Positions 34,376-43,487 of a stretch of 64,000 nucleotides of DNA are shown here, one piece after another. Source of the DNA: an uncultured Clostridia bacterium (lineage in GTDB: Bacteria; Bacillota; Clostridia; Christensenellales; QALW01); assembly GCA_934434555.1 (NCBI GenBank), contig CAKRZX010000006.1, forward strand, positions 20,983 through 84,982. Direction: 5' to 3'. The notes below the pieces were generated by a model. It was not told where the DNA came from and searched no databases. It saw only the letters and a list, made by a program, of their open reading frames with translations. Position numbers and translations under genes: made by a program. Positions within the stretch are counted from its first letter, which is position 1. Each line of letters starts with the position of its first letter.

Positions 34376-34969
34376 ATGAGAAAACTGTTTTCAGCCGCGG
34401 TTGCGGCGATAGTTGCGGCGGTGCTTTTTTCGGGTTGTTCGGCAAAAAAGTTTGAAAGCGTGCTTCCGCCTGAAAGGGAGTTTCCGCAAGCGGAAGAGTA
34501 TGAGTTTACCCAAGCGGTAATAGGTGATATTGTTGTTAAAAGAACGCTTCACGGAAACAAACACGGGAATACTCTTTATCTTTTCAGCGGTAACGATTAC
34601 GGGTTTACCGTAGGGGAAAAGGGAACTGTTACCTATACGGATTTTGATGATGTATACACTGCTGACGGTGAGCTTGTATCTGCGCCCCAAAACGGTATGG
34701 GTGCGTTTGTAGTTAAACACGATGTAATTAGCGGCATATCGGACGGTTTCCCCGGCACATTTACCGTGACCGTTGCCGAATTTTATAATTGTGTTACGGT
34801 TCCCCGAAATGCCGTTGTTATTCTTGACGATGAGGGTTCGGCACTTGTCAAGAAGGTTGACGAAAATGGTCTTTTGTACGACAAGGAAATAAAAGTCGGC
34901 GCAAGGGACAACAAATACTATCAGGTGCTCTCCGGGCTTGAAGAGGGCGAAAGCGTGGTGGTAAGATGA
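34376..34969 (+). CDS. lipoprotein, short HlyD/MacA-like periplasmic-adaptor homolog (beta-barrel part only)
   Basis: 197 aa from MRKLFSAAVAAIVAAVLFSGCSA (lipobox). C-terminal KVGARDNKYYQVLSGLEEGESVVV resembles the adaptor C-terminal domain. No coiled-coil hairpin. ATGA overlap with the permease gene. Confidence 0.55.
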   Translation: MRKLFSAAVAAIVAAVLFSGCSAKKFESVLPPEREFPQAEEYEFTQAVIGDIVVKRTLHGNKHGNTLYLFSGNDYGFTVGEKGTVTYTDFDDVYTADGELVSAPQNGMGAFVVKHDVISGISDGFPGTFTVTVAEFYNCVTVPRNAVVILDDEGSALVKKVDENGLLYDKEIKVGARDNKYYQVLSGLEEGESVVVR

Positions 34970-37806
34970 TACGGCTTGCAATAAAAAAGATACTTCACAA
35001 TAAATTCCTTATGCTTTCGCTGTTTGCGGGAATTCTTATTGCCGTTGTGATTGCCGCATCTATTCCCGTTTACGCATCGGGAATTGCTCACAGAATGTTC
35101 GTTACCCAACTTGAAAATTTCCAGAACGAAAACGGCTACGGTCCGGGTACGGTAAGTCTTTCATGTTCGCTTTCCGCCTTTAAGCAAACTGCCGACGAAA
35201 GTCAGGAAACGGTTGAAATAACCGACAGCAGTGCAAACGTAAAGAATTTTGATTATTGCAATAATTATCTTGAAAACGACCTTTACAGGGCACTTAATAT
35301 GCCCGCAATGGTTAAAAGCGTTACGATGACGTCAATACAGTTGGTATCCGCCGATTCGCGTGACAGACTTAAAAATGATACCCACAAAATTTTTATCCGC
35401 GCGTGCAGCACGTACGAAAATGCGGTTGAATTGCTTGACGGAAGAATGCCCGTATCTTCCCTTGATTCCGACGGCTGCATTGAAGTTATAATCAGTCTTG
35501 CGGCACAGCGGCAGACCGGCTACACGCTTGGGTCTGAAATTCACGCAGGCAGAGCGGCGGCAGAACTTTTTGCCGCATACATCGATGACCCGCTGAAACT
35601 TAAAATAGTGGGCGTGTTCGATTACATTTCCGACCCGCTTAACCCCTTGGCAGAGACCGATTCGGGGGCGGAACTCTATGCAGACTATTCTTTGTTCAGG
35701 AAAGATATTTTTATTAAAAGAAATTATATTAACAAGGTGAATTGGTACTATGCGGGTGATTATACCGCGTTTGACCTTACAAAGACCGACAAACTTATTG
35801 CGTCCCTTGATAAACTCAACAAGAATCTGATCGCTTGGGGGCTTGACGGAAAATCAAGCGTAATTACTCCGCCCATTGACGAATTCAGAAAATTCAACAG
35901 CAATATTTCATCGGTAAATATTCTGCTGACGCTGTTCTATGCACCGGTGCTTATTCTTGTTGCATTCTTTATATTTATGATTTCGGAATTCGTTATTGAA
36001 AACGACAAAAACGAAGTTTCAATGCTTACTTCCCGCGGAGCGTCAAGGTGGCAGATTATGCTTTTGTATTTGTGTCAGGGCGGAATTTTTGCGCTGTTAA
36101 GCGTGATTATTGCGCCGCTGATTGCGCCCTTGCTTTGCTCGATTCTCGGTGCAACGTCGGGATTCCTTGAATTTTCACAGCGCGCGCCGATGAAAATAAA
36201 TCTTTCGTTCTCGGCAGTTCTGTTCGGCTTGGCAGCGGGAGCGCTTTCGGTAATAACAATGCTTATTCCCGTGTATAAGGCATCAAAAGTAGAAATCGTT
36301 GTACGCAAGCGCTCAAAACTTTCACTTCCCGTATGGCAGAACATTATCGTTGCCGCATCTGCGGTGCTTACGGGGCTTGTTTCGGCATACGCATATTATA
36401 CGCTTGTGGTGCAGAAAAGCGGTCTGCTTACTCCGTCGGGAAAAATACAGCCGCTTGCGTATTTGCTGCTTATCTGTTTCTTTGCCTGCGGCGCGCTGAT
36501 TTTTATTCTTGCGTATCCTTTCGTGCTGCGGCTTATTCTGCGAACGTGCAAAAAGAATTGGAATCCGCAGAAGTTCGTGGCGTATTCGCGTATTTCCCGT
36601 ATGGCTTTGCAGGAAAAATTCATTATTGTATTTATCACGCTTACCGTTGCTCTCGGCGCGTTTTCGTCGGTTTCGGCAAGAACGATGAACTCGAATATGG
36701 ATAAATCCGCCCGCTATAAATACCCCTGCGATATGATTGTTTCGCTGCGCTTTTCGGCACAGGGAAATCAGACGCAGATTGAAAGAAAATACTTCTTTGA
36801 TAAGGCAGAGGACACACAGTCGACACGCGTTGTTATCGGCAATAAACCTACCGTGCGCACGGGTTTCAGAACAAATCTTAACGGTAAAAACGTTACGTAT
36901 ATGGGCATTAATCCGAAAGAGTTTTCGGAAATCATCACGTGGGACGATTCAATTCTGCCCAGGAAGATGAGCGAATATATGAAAATGCTTTCAGATGACC
37001 CCAGCGGCTGTATTTTAAGCACAAATGCCGCGAAAGAACTGAACGTAACCGTAGGTTCCACCGTGTTTGTGGTGCCCGATTCCGATTTAAGAAATAATAT
37101 GGGCATAAATGCAACGGTACTTGCCGTTGTTGACGCATGGCCTACGTTCTATGCCAATCAGACAAGCCCGAACGGCGCGAAAATCGAAAATTATCTTGTT
37201 GTTGTGAACCGCTCGGCGTCAGATGAAGTATCGTCGAATCTGCCGTATGAGGCCTGGCTCAACACCTCACAGAATACAGCGTATTTCAGGCAACTTGCAA
37301 TAAAGAACGGCGGCAGAATAACAAGCGTTGTAAACGGTGCAAAAGAAATATATATTTCTTCAATAAACGGCATTCGTCAGGCGATAAACGGCTCGCTTAC
37401 AATGGGCTTCATATCGGTTATGGTTGTTGCACTTATCGGCTTTACAATCTACTGGATTATTTCAATAAAGAACCGCACGTTGCAGATAGGCACTATGCGC
37501 GCACTCGGTATGTCCTTAACGCAGGTAAACGAAATGATTCTTTCCGAACAGGGGCTTATATGTATTTTGCCTATTATTCTCGGCGTTGTGTGCGGTCTTG
37601 CCGGCGGAATAATGTTCGCGCCGCTTTTGCAGTCGGCGTTTGATACTATCGGCAGTATGCCGCCGTACACGGTCGCAATGAACTTGGGGGATATGATTAA
37701 ACTTGCGGTAATCATAATTGTGCTTGTGGCAATAGGGACGGTTACGGCAATGAGTATGCTTAAAAAGATTAAAGCGGCCTCGGCAATAAAACTGGGGGAG
37801 GAATAA
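34966..37806 (+). CDS. ABC transporter permease with two FtsX/MacB-type domains and two large extracytoplasmic domains
   Basis: 946 aa. N-terminal TM, about 290-aa loop, a 3-4-TM block, further TMs, a second about 250-aa loop, and a C-terminal 3-TM FtsX block (..TMRALGMSLTQVNEMILSEQG..). Confidence 0.8.
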   Translation: MIRLAIKKILHNKFLMLSLFAGILIAVVIAASIPVYASGIAHRMFVTQLENFQNENGYGPGTVSLSCSLSAFKQTADESQETVEITDSSANVKNFDYCNNYLENDLYRALNMPAMVKSVTMTSIQLVSADSRDRLKNDTHKIFIRACSTYENAVELLDGRMPVSSLDSDGCIEVIISLAAQRQTGYTLGSEIHAGRAAAELFAAYIDDPLKLKIVGVFDYISDPLNPLAETDSGAELYADYSLFRKDIFIKRNYINKVNWYYAGDYTAFDLTKTDKLIASLDKLNKNLIAWGLDGKSSVITPPIDEFRKFNSNISSVNILLTLFYAPVLILVAFFIFMISEFVIENDKNEVSMLTSRGASRWQIMLLYLCQGGIFALLSVIIAPLIAPLLCSILGATSGFLEFSQRAPMKINLSFSAVLFGLAAGALSVITMLIPVYKASKVEIVVRKRSKLSLPVWQNIIVAASAVLTGLVSAYAYYTLVVQKSGLLTPSGKIQPLAYLLLICFFACGALIFILAYPFVLRLILRTCKKNWNPQKFVAYSRISRMALQEKFIIVFITLTVALGAFSSVSARTMNSNMDKSARYKYPCDMIVSLRFSAQGNQTQIERKYFFDKAEDTQSTRVVIGNKPTVRTGFRTNLNGKNVTYMGINPKEFSEIITWDDSILPRKMSEYMKMLSDDPSGCILSTNAAKELNVTVGSTVFVVPDSDLRNNMGINATVLAVVDAWPTFYANQTSPNGAKIENYLVVVNRSASDEVSSNLPYEAWLNTSQNTAYFRQLAIKNGGRITSVVNGAKEIYISSINGIRQAINGSLTMGFISVMVVALIGFTIYWIISIKNRTLQIGTMRALGMSLTQVNEMILSEQGLICILPIILGVVCGLAGGIMFAPLLQSAFDTIGSMPPYTVAMNLGDMIKLAVIIIVLVAIGTVTAMSMLKKIKAASAIKLGEE

Positions 37807-37809
37807 CAA

Positions 37810-38502
37810 ATGAGTACACTTATAAGATGTGAGAACATCACCCGTGATTTTCCCCAAGGCAACGGCGTTGTGCACGTGCTTAAAGGCATAACCGCCGAGT
37901 TTGAAAACAAGGCGCTTACCGTGCTAAAAGGGCGTTCGGGTTCGGGCAAAACAACGCTTATGAACATTTTGGGAACGCTTGATAAGCCTACGGACGGCAG
38001 GCTTTTCATAAACGAATATGATATTACCGACATCACAAACGAAAACGGCGATGAGTTAAGGCGGAATTACATATCTTTTGTTTTTCAGTCGGTGGCGCTT
38101 ATAGGAAGTATGACGGCGTATGAAAATGTGGAACTTATGCTCCGCATTGCGGATTTACCCCTTGAAAGAGAACGAATACTCTATTGCCTTGACCTTGTGG
38201 GGCTTGGAAACAGGGTGAACCACTACCCGTTCCAACTCTCCGGCGGTGAACAGCAAAGGGTGGCAATAGCGCGTTCAATAGTACATAAGCCGAAAATAAT
38301 ATTTGCCGATGAGCCCACCGCACAGCTTGACAGTGCAACGTCAAAAAATATGATGAATATTTTTCACAGGATAATAAACGATGAGGGCGCAACCGTTATT
38401 ATGACGACTCACGACCAGAATATGATGGAACTTGCCGACAGGGTGTATACTCTTGACGACGGAATGATTTCCGATATAGCAGTAAAAGCGGAGGAAGCAT
38501 AA
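37810..38502 (+). CDS. ABC transporter ATP-binding protein (MacB/LolD-type)
   Basis: 230 aa. Walker [24 protein letters not shown], Walker [10 protein letters not shown]-loop TTHD. Confidence 0.9.
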   Translation: MSTLIRCENITRDFPQGNGVVHVLKGITAEFENKALTVLKGRSGSGKTTLMNILGTLDKPTDGRLFINEYDITDITNENGDELRRNYISFVFQSVALIGSMTAYENVELMLRIADLPLERERILYCLDLVGLGNRVNHYPFQLSGGEQQRVAIARSIVHKPKIIFADEPTAQLDSATSKNMMNIFHRIINDEGATVIMTTHDQNMMELADRVYTLDDGMISDIAVKAEEA

Positions 38503-39380
38503 TGCCGATAGTTTTTTGCGAAAATCTTGTTAAGATTTATAAGACCGACGAAACGGAAGTGCTTGCACTGCAAGGGCTTGACCTTGCAATAGAAAAAGGC
38601 GAACTTGTTGCCGTGATAGGCGCGAGCGGAAGCGGGAAAAGCACTTTTCTTAATATCCTGGGCGGGCTTGATAAGCCAAGCGCGGGAAAAATCGAGGTTG
38701 ACGGCTGCGATTTGGCAAAACTTTCTGCCAAGGACCTTTTGCTTTATAAGCGGAACACCGTTTCGTTTATCTGGCAGAACAGCGCAAGGAATCTTCTGCC
38801 GTACCTTACCGCCCTTGAAAATATCGTTCTGCCTATGGAGATTGTGGGCAAAAAGCCCGATTACGACAAGGCGAGAAAACTGCTTGAACTTGTGGGCATA
38901 GGAGATAAGGCAGATTCGCTTCTCTTTACGCTTTCGGGCGGCGAACAGCAGCGAGCGGCAATAGCCCTTGCCCTTGCAAACGAGCCTAAACTTCTGCTTG
39001 CCGATGAACCTACCGGTGCGGTGGATAACGCAACCGCGAATCTTATTCTTGACCTTTTCAGAAAAATAAATAAGGAACTCGGGCTGACGATTATTATCGT
39101 TACCCACGACCTTAAACTTTCGGCAAAGGTGGACAGGGTAATAAAAATCCGCGACGGCAGAACAAGTACGGAGTATCTGAGAATTGACAAAACCGACAGG
39201 GATACAAATTTCGATTCCGACGGAGATAATGCCACACACCTTGAATACGTTGTTGTTGACCGGGTGGGCAGACTTCAACTTCCCGCCGAGGTTATAGAGC
39301 GCGCGGGCATAGAGTATATGAGCCGCGTAAAGATAGAATTCGACGAACAGAATCGGATTGTACTTATTCCCGAGAAGTAG
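38502..39380 (+). CDS. ABC transporter ATP-binding protein with C-terminal AbrB/SpoVT-like extension
   Basis: 292 aa. Walker [36 protein letters not shown]. Residues about 249-292 are YVVVDRVGRLQLPAEVIERAGIEYMSRVKIEFDEQNRIVLIPEK. Confidence 0.85.
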   Translation: MPIVFCENLVKIYKTDETEVLALQGLDLAIEKGELVAVIGASGSGKSTFLNILGGLDKPSAGKIEVDGCDLAKLSAKDLLLYKRNTVSFIWQNSARNLLPYLTALENIVLPMEIVGKKPDYDKARKLLELVGIGDKADSLLFTLSGGEQQRAAIALALANEPKLLLADEPTGAVDNATANLILDLFRKINKELGLTIIIVTHDLKLSAKVDRVIKIRDGRTSTEYLRIDKTDRDTNFDSDGDNATHLEYVVVDRVGRLQLPAEVIERAGIEYMSRVKIEFDEQNRIVLIPEK

Positions 39381-40197
39381 ATTTCCTGTATTCGGTGGGG
39401 GACATTCCGATTTCACGCCTGAAAACCCGCGAAAAATAGTTATAGTCGTGCATTCCAACGGCGTCGGCTATTTCGGTAACGGTTTTATTTGTGGAGGAAA
39501 GTAATTGCTTTGCCTTTTCAACACGGGTTGCGGCAATGATTTTTGACGGCGTAACACCCGTTTGTTTCTTTACCGCTTTGAAAATTGCAGACGTGCTTAC
39601 GTTAAGTTCACGGGCAACGGTATCCACTGAGATATCCTGCCCGTAATTTCTTTCCGCAAAGTATATAAACCTTTCGGCAAGCCCGCTTTGAGCGGCATTT
39701 AACATCTTTTCAAGATAGATATACCCGACACAGGCGCGCATAATGCTTTCAACCGAATCAAGATAATCATCACTAATCACTTTCAGGGTGGAATAGTATT
39801 TGTCAAATTCGTTTCCGAAATATTTTTTTGAAAGTTCCCGGCATTTTTTGTACTGCAACTCGCCGCCGTTCTCGCTTAAAACCTGTCCGAACATAAAATA
39901 TCCCGCTGTGCCGAAACCATCGCTTATGGGAGCGCAGACCTCAATTAAACCTGCGTGGCAGCGGTATTTTACCGTTTTCCCGCTTTGGGCAAGCCGCATA
40001 CCCTCGCGGTCGCATTTTCTGCAAGCCTCACTGCCGGCTTTGCTTTTGCGTATCGTACTGCAAAATTCACAGCAAGGCTTCGGGTATTCGCACAGGCAGT
40101 TAAAATCGCTGTCAAACACGCCTACCCGCTGCTTTGTCACCGAATAAAAGTCTTTAAGCAATTTTTTTATCTTTTCATTTTCGTATGCCTGTTTCAT
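39364..40197 (-). CDS. PocR-domain / AraC-family transcriptional regulator
   Basis: 277 aa. N-terminal Cys-rich PocR-like sensor (CEYPKPCCEFCSTIRKSKAGSEACRKCD), C-terminal AraC HTH (TVTEIADAVGMHDYNYFSRVFRREIGMSPTEYR). Confidence 0.8.
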   Translation of the reverse strand: MKQAYENEKIKKLLKDFYSVTKQRVGVFDSDFNCLCEYPKPCCEFCSTIRKSKAGSEACRKCDREGMRLAQSGKTVKYRCHAGLIEVCAPISDGFGTAGYFMFGQVLSENGGELQYKKCRELSKKYFGNEFDKYYSTLKVISDDYLDSVESIMRACVGYIYLEKMLNAAQSGLAERFIYFAERNYGQDISVDTVARELNVSTSAIFKAVKKQTGVTPSKIIAATRVEKAKQLLSSTNKTVTEIADAVGMHDYNYFSRVFRREIGMSPTEYRKSTSRE

Positions 40198-40355
40198 AAC
40201 TTCACCTCACCGATATTATAACCTATGCAATAGTATAAATCAAGTTATTTTCCTGTATAGTGCTAAAAATATATAGATTTTTTACTATAAATCGGCACAC
40301 CGATGTTGTACAATACAGTTACCGAAATAAAAATATATGAAAGGGCGTGCATTTT

Positions 40356-42137
40356 ATGAACGTTAAAATCGGAATAAGACCCGTTATTGACGGGCGCTGG
40401 GGCGGCGTAAGGGAGAGCCTTGAACAACAGACAATGAATATGGCGCTTTCTGCCAAGAAACTTATTGAGGAAAACCTCTGTTATGCAGACGGTACTCCGG
40501 CAGAATGTGTTATCGGCTGTACCACAATCGGCGGCGGTGCCGAAGCGGCACGTGTTGCGGAGCAGTTTTCAAAGGAAAACGTATGCGCAACGCTTTCGGT
40601 AACTCCCTGCTGGTGCTACGGAAGCGAAACAATGGATTTGGACCCCAAGACCATAAAGGCGGTATGGGGCTTTAACGGAACGGAACGTCCCGGTGCGGTA
40701 TATCTTGCGGCGGCAATGGCGGCGCACGCACAGCGCGGGCTTCCCGCTTTTGCAATTTACGGTCACGACGTAAAGGATAAGGACGACACCGAAATTCCCG
40801 AGGATGTAAAGGAAAAGATTCTGCTTTTTGCCCGCGGCGCAATTGCGGCAGGGCAGATGAAAGGCAGAGCATACGTTAACTTCGGTTCAATCGCCATGGG
40901 AATCGCAGGTTCGTTCTGCGACGCAGATTTCTTCCAGAAATATTTGGGAATCCGTGCCGAATGGGTTGACGAAACCGAAATTCTGCGCAGAATGACGCTT
41001 CATATTTATGATGAAGAGGAATATCAGGCAGCGCTTAAATGGGTTAAAGCAAACTGCAAAGAGGGCTTTGACAAGAACGCGGGCAAGAATTTCCCCGAGA
41101 TTATTAAAAAGAGCAAGGTAGTTGACCCCGATAAGGATTGGGAGTTCGTTACCAAAATGGCGATAATAATCAAGGATATTATGCACGGCAATAAGAAACT
41201 TGATGAAATGGGCTGGCACGAAGAAGCGCTTGGCAGAAACGGCATTGCCGGCGGATTCCAGGGTCAGCGTATGTGGACGGATTGGCTTCCGAACGGCGAT
41301 TTTGCCGAATCCATACTCAATACGTCCTTTGACTGGAACGGAAAGGGTGCACCCACCGTGCTTGCCACCGAAAACGACACTCTTAACGGCGCAACAATGC
41401 TTTTGCTTAACCTGCTTACCGGTAAGGCACCGCTGTTCTCCGATGTAAGAACATACTGGTCGCCCGAGGCTGTTGAACGCGTAACCGGTACAAAACTTAC
41501 CGGCAAAGCGGCAAACGGATTTATGCATCTTATAAATTCCGGTGCAACTGCGCTTGATGCAACAGGCGCCTCAAAGGACAGCGACGGCAACGGCACAATG
41601 AAAGAATGGTGGAATATGACCGACGGTGATATTAAGGCTTGCCTTGATAACAGCGATTGGTGCAGAGCCGACTACGAATACTTCCGCGGCGGTGGTTTTT
41701 CAAGCCATTTCAAGACACTTGCGGAAATGCCCGTTACAATGGCGCGTCTGTGCCTTGTTGACGGCGTAGGACCCGTTATGCAGATTGCAGAGGGATATAC
41801 CTGCGTGCTTGATGAAAAGACACACGAGCTTATCGACAAGCGTACCGACCCCACATGGCCCACTACCTGGTTTGCACCTATCCTTACCGGTAAGGGCGCA
41901 TTTACGGACGTTTACTCCGTAATGGCAAACTGGGGCGCCAACCACGGCGCGTGGATTCACGGCCACGTAGGCGCAGAACTGATTACGCTCTGCTCGATGC
42001 TCCGTATTCCCGTAAGTATGCACAACGTTAGCGACGAAAAGGTTTTCCGTCCGCAATCGTGGGGACTTATGGGAACCGACAGTAAGGAAAGCGCGGACTT
42101 CAAAGCCTGTGAAACTTACGGTCCCCTGTATAAGTAA
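40356..42137 (+). CDS. fucI: L-fucose isomerase
   Basis: 593 aa from MNVKIGIRPVIDGRWGGVRESLEQQTMNMA, near-identical in pattern to the E. coli FucI N-terminus. Length matches. Confidence 0.92.
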   Translation: MNVKIGIRPVIDGRWGGVRESLEQQTMNMALSAKKLIEENLCYADGTPAECVIGCTTIGGGAEAARVAEQFSKENVCATLSVTPCWCYGSETMDLDPKTIKAVWGFNGTERPGAVYLAAAMAAHAQRGLPAFAIYGHDVKDKDDTEIPEDVKEKILLFARGAIAAGQMKGRAYVNFGSIAMGIAGSFCDADFFQKYLGIRAEWVDETEILRRMTLHIYDEEEYQAALKWVKANCKEGFDKNAGKNFPEIIKKSKVVDPDKDWEFVTKMAIIIKDIMHGNKKLDEMGWHEEALGRNGIAGGFQGQRMWTDWLPNGDFAESILNTSFDWNGKGAPTVLATENDTLNGATMLLLNLLTGKAPLFSDVRTYWSPEAVERVTGTKLTGKAANGFMHLINSGATALDATGASKDSDGNGTMKEWWNMTDGDIKACLDNSDWCRADYEYFRGGGFSSHFKTLAEMPVTMARLCLVDGVGPVMQIAEGYTCVLDEKTHELIDKRTDPTWPTTWFAPILTGKGAFTDVYSVMANWGANHGAWIHGHVGAELITLCSMLRIPVSMHNVSDEKVFRPQSWGLMGTDSKESADFKACETYGPLYK

Positions 42138-42148
42138 ACAAAATTACG

Positions 42149-42179
42149 AATCGGGCAGATTTTCTGCCCCGATTTTTTT
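42149..42179 (+). terminator. rho-independent terminator of fucI
   Basis: AATCGGGCAG-ATTTT-CTGCCCCGATT followed by a T-run. Confidence 0.75.
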
Positions 42180-42191
42180 ATAAATCAGGTG

Positions 42192-42220
42192 TTGAAATCT
42201 GTATTCAGAAATGTTATAAT
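42192..42220 (+). promoter_or_regulatory. promoter (TTGAAA-17 bp-TATAAT)
   Basis: Hexamers at 42192-42197 and 42215-42220 with a 17-bp spacer, upstream of AGGAGA Shine-Dalgarno and the ATG at 42247. Confidence 0.55.
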
Positions 42221-42246
42221 GTAAAAAAAGTTTAGGAGATTAAAAA

Positions 42247-43329
42247 ATGAAACCTACTGTTGCTTGCTATCATTGGTCAAACTGGCATCCTACTGAAAAT
42301 AATGATATTGAACGGGGTAAAGGCTGGACGGAGTGGGAATATCTTAAACGTGCCGTGCCGCGCTTTGCGGGGCATAAACAGCCCAAAGTGCCGATGTGGG
42401 GTTATCTTGACGATTCAAAGCCCGAAAATGTTGAACGTCAGATAAATACTGCCGCCGATTACGGAATTGACGCTTTTATTTTTGACTGGGGAAGCCGCAG
42501 CGGCAACAATAATGTTATTGAGCAGTTTGTAAAATCAGATAACAAACGGCTTAAATTCTCGCTTATGTGTTGCGGCGGTGCCCGTGATGAAGAAGATTTT
42601 TACCTTGATATGGCATATGTTTTCGATAATTATTTTGTTCAGCCCAATTACTGGAAGGTAAACGGCGGATACTATCTTTCGTTTTATGAAATAGGCAGAT
42701 ATATCAATTATTGGGGCGGACTTGATAAAACAAAGGCCATATTTGATAATATGCATAAAATGGCAGCAGAAAGAAATATGAAAATTCACCTTGTTGCGGT
42801 TGAATGGGGGTTGCAGGAATACTGGTGCAAAGATATTGACCCCCGTGTAATTGTTAAAGAACTCGGTTTTGATGCAATTACAAGTTATGTTTGGGCGCAC
42901 AATACCGTTCCTGCATGGCCTTGCGGAGATTATTCCGATTGGGCTGAATCGGCATACGAAAAAATGCGTGAAATTGAACAAAAATATCCCGTGCCGTATT
43001 ATACGCACGTTTCAATGGGGTGGGACCCGTCGCCGAGATGTCCGGAAGATATGTATTATGAAGAGGGCGGACCCTTGATGTATCATACACTTTCCGGCAA
43101 GTATCAGATCCTGCACAAGCCGTATTTTTCGGCAATTGTAAAAAACAATACGCCTGAGGAATTCAGGCGTGCGCTGCTTGCGGCAAAAAGGCATCTTCAA
43201 GATACGAATCCGGAAAATCCGATAGTTACACTGTATGCGTGGAACGAATGGACAGAGGGCGGATATCTTGAACCGGACAGCGAATACGGCTACGGGTATT
43301 TGGAAGCAATAAAAAGTGTATTTAAGTAA
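42247..43329 (+). CDS. WbsX-like / GH99-like domain protein (cytoplasmic)
   Basis: 360 aa. YHWSNWHP...GKGWTEWEYL and IDAFIFDWG resemble the Glyco_tran_WbsX (GH99-like) N-terminal signature. No signal peptide. Confidence 0.45.
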   Translation: MKPTVACYHWSNWHPTENNDIERGKGWTEWEYLKRAVPRFAGHKQPKVPMWGYLDDSKPENVERQINTAADYGIDAFIFDWGSRSGNNNVIEQFVKSDNKRLKFSLMCCGGARDEEDFYLDMAYVFDNYFVQPNYWKVNGGYYLSFYEIGRYINYWGGLDKTKAIFDNMHKMAAERNMKIHLVAVEWGLQEYWCKDIDPRVIVKELGFDAITSYVWAHNTVPAWPCGDYSDWAESAYEKMREIEQKYPVPYYTHVSMGWDPSPRCPEDMYYEEGGPLMYHTLSGKYQILHKPYFSAIVKNNTPEEFRRALLAAKRHLQDTNPENPIVTLYAWNEWTEGGYLEPDSEYGYGYLEAIKSVFK

Positions 43330-43332
43330 AAA

Positions 43333-43359
43333 ACACGGCGCGGATAACCCGCGCCGTGT
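43333..43359. terminator. bidirectional hairpin terminator between convergent genes
   Basis: ACACGGCGCGG-ATAAC-CCGCGCCGTGT flanked by an A-run (5' side) and a T-rich tract (3' side). Confidence 0.6.
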
Positions 43360-43487
43360 TAATATTTATGAATGTAAATGCGGGAATCACGTTTTTCGCC
43401 GTCACATCTAACGCTGCTGTAAAATTCCCAGCCGTATCTTTCTTCTCGGAGAACCGCTTTGCGGCACGGGTTTTAAGTTCGGGAAAA

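Noticed and set aside
38409-39458. 349-aa ORF on the minus strand (the longest unassigned ORF in the track). Similar long antisense ORFs occur at 27612..28304, 49058..49747, 17050..17562, 40887..41528, 34391..34981 and 37449..38036.
   Set aside because: Each lies entirely antisense to a gene with unmistakable family motifs (ABC NBDs, GH78-like, Gfo/Idh/MocA, GH38, FucI). Their translations are low-complexity, rich in Arg/Lys/Phe/Cys, and have no motifs or ribosome-binding sites. This is typical of shadow ORFs created by codon bias.
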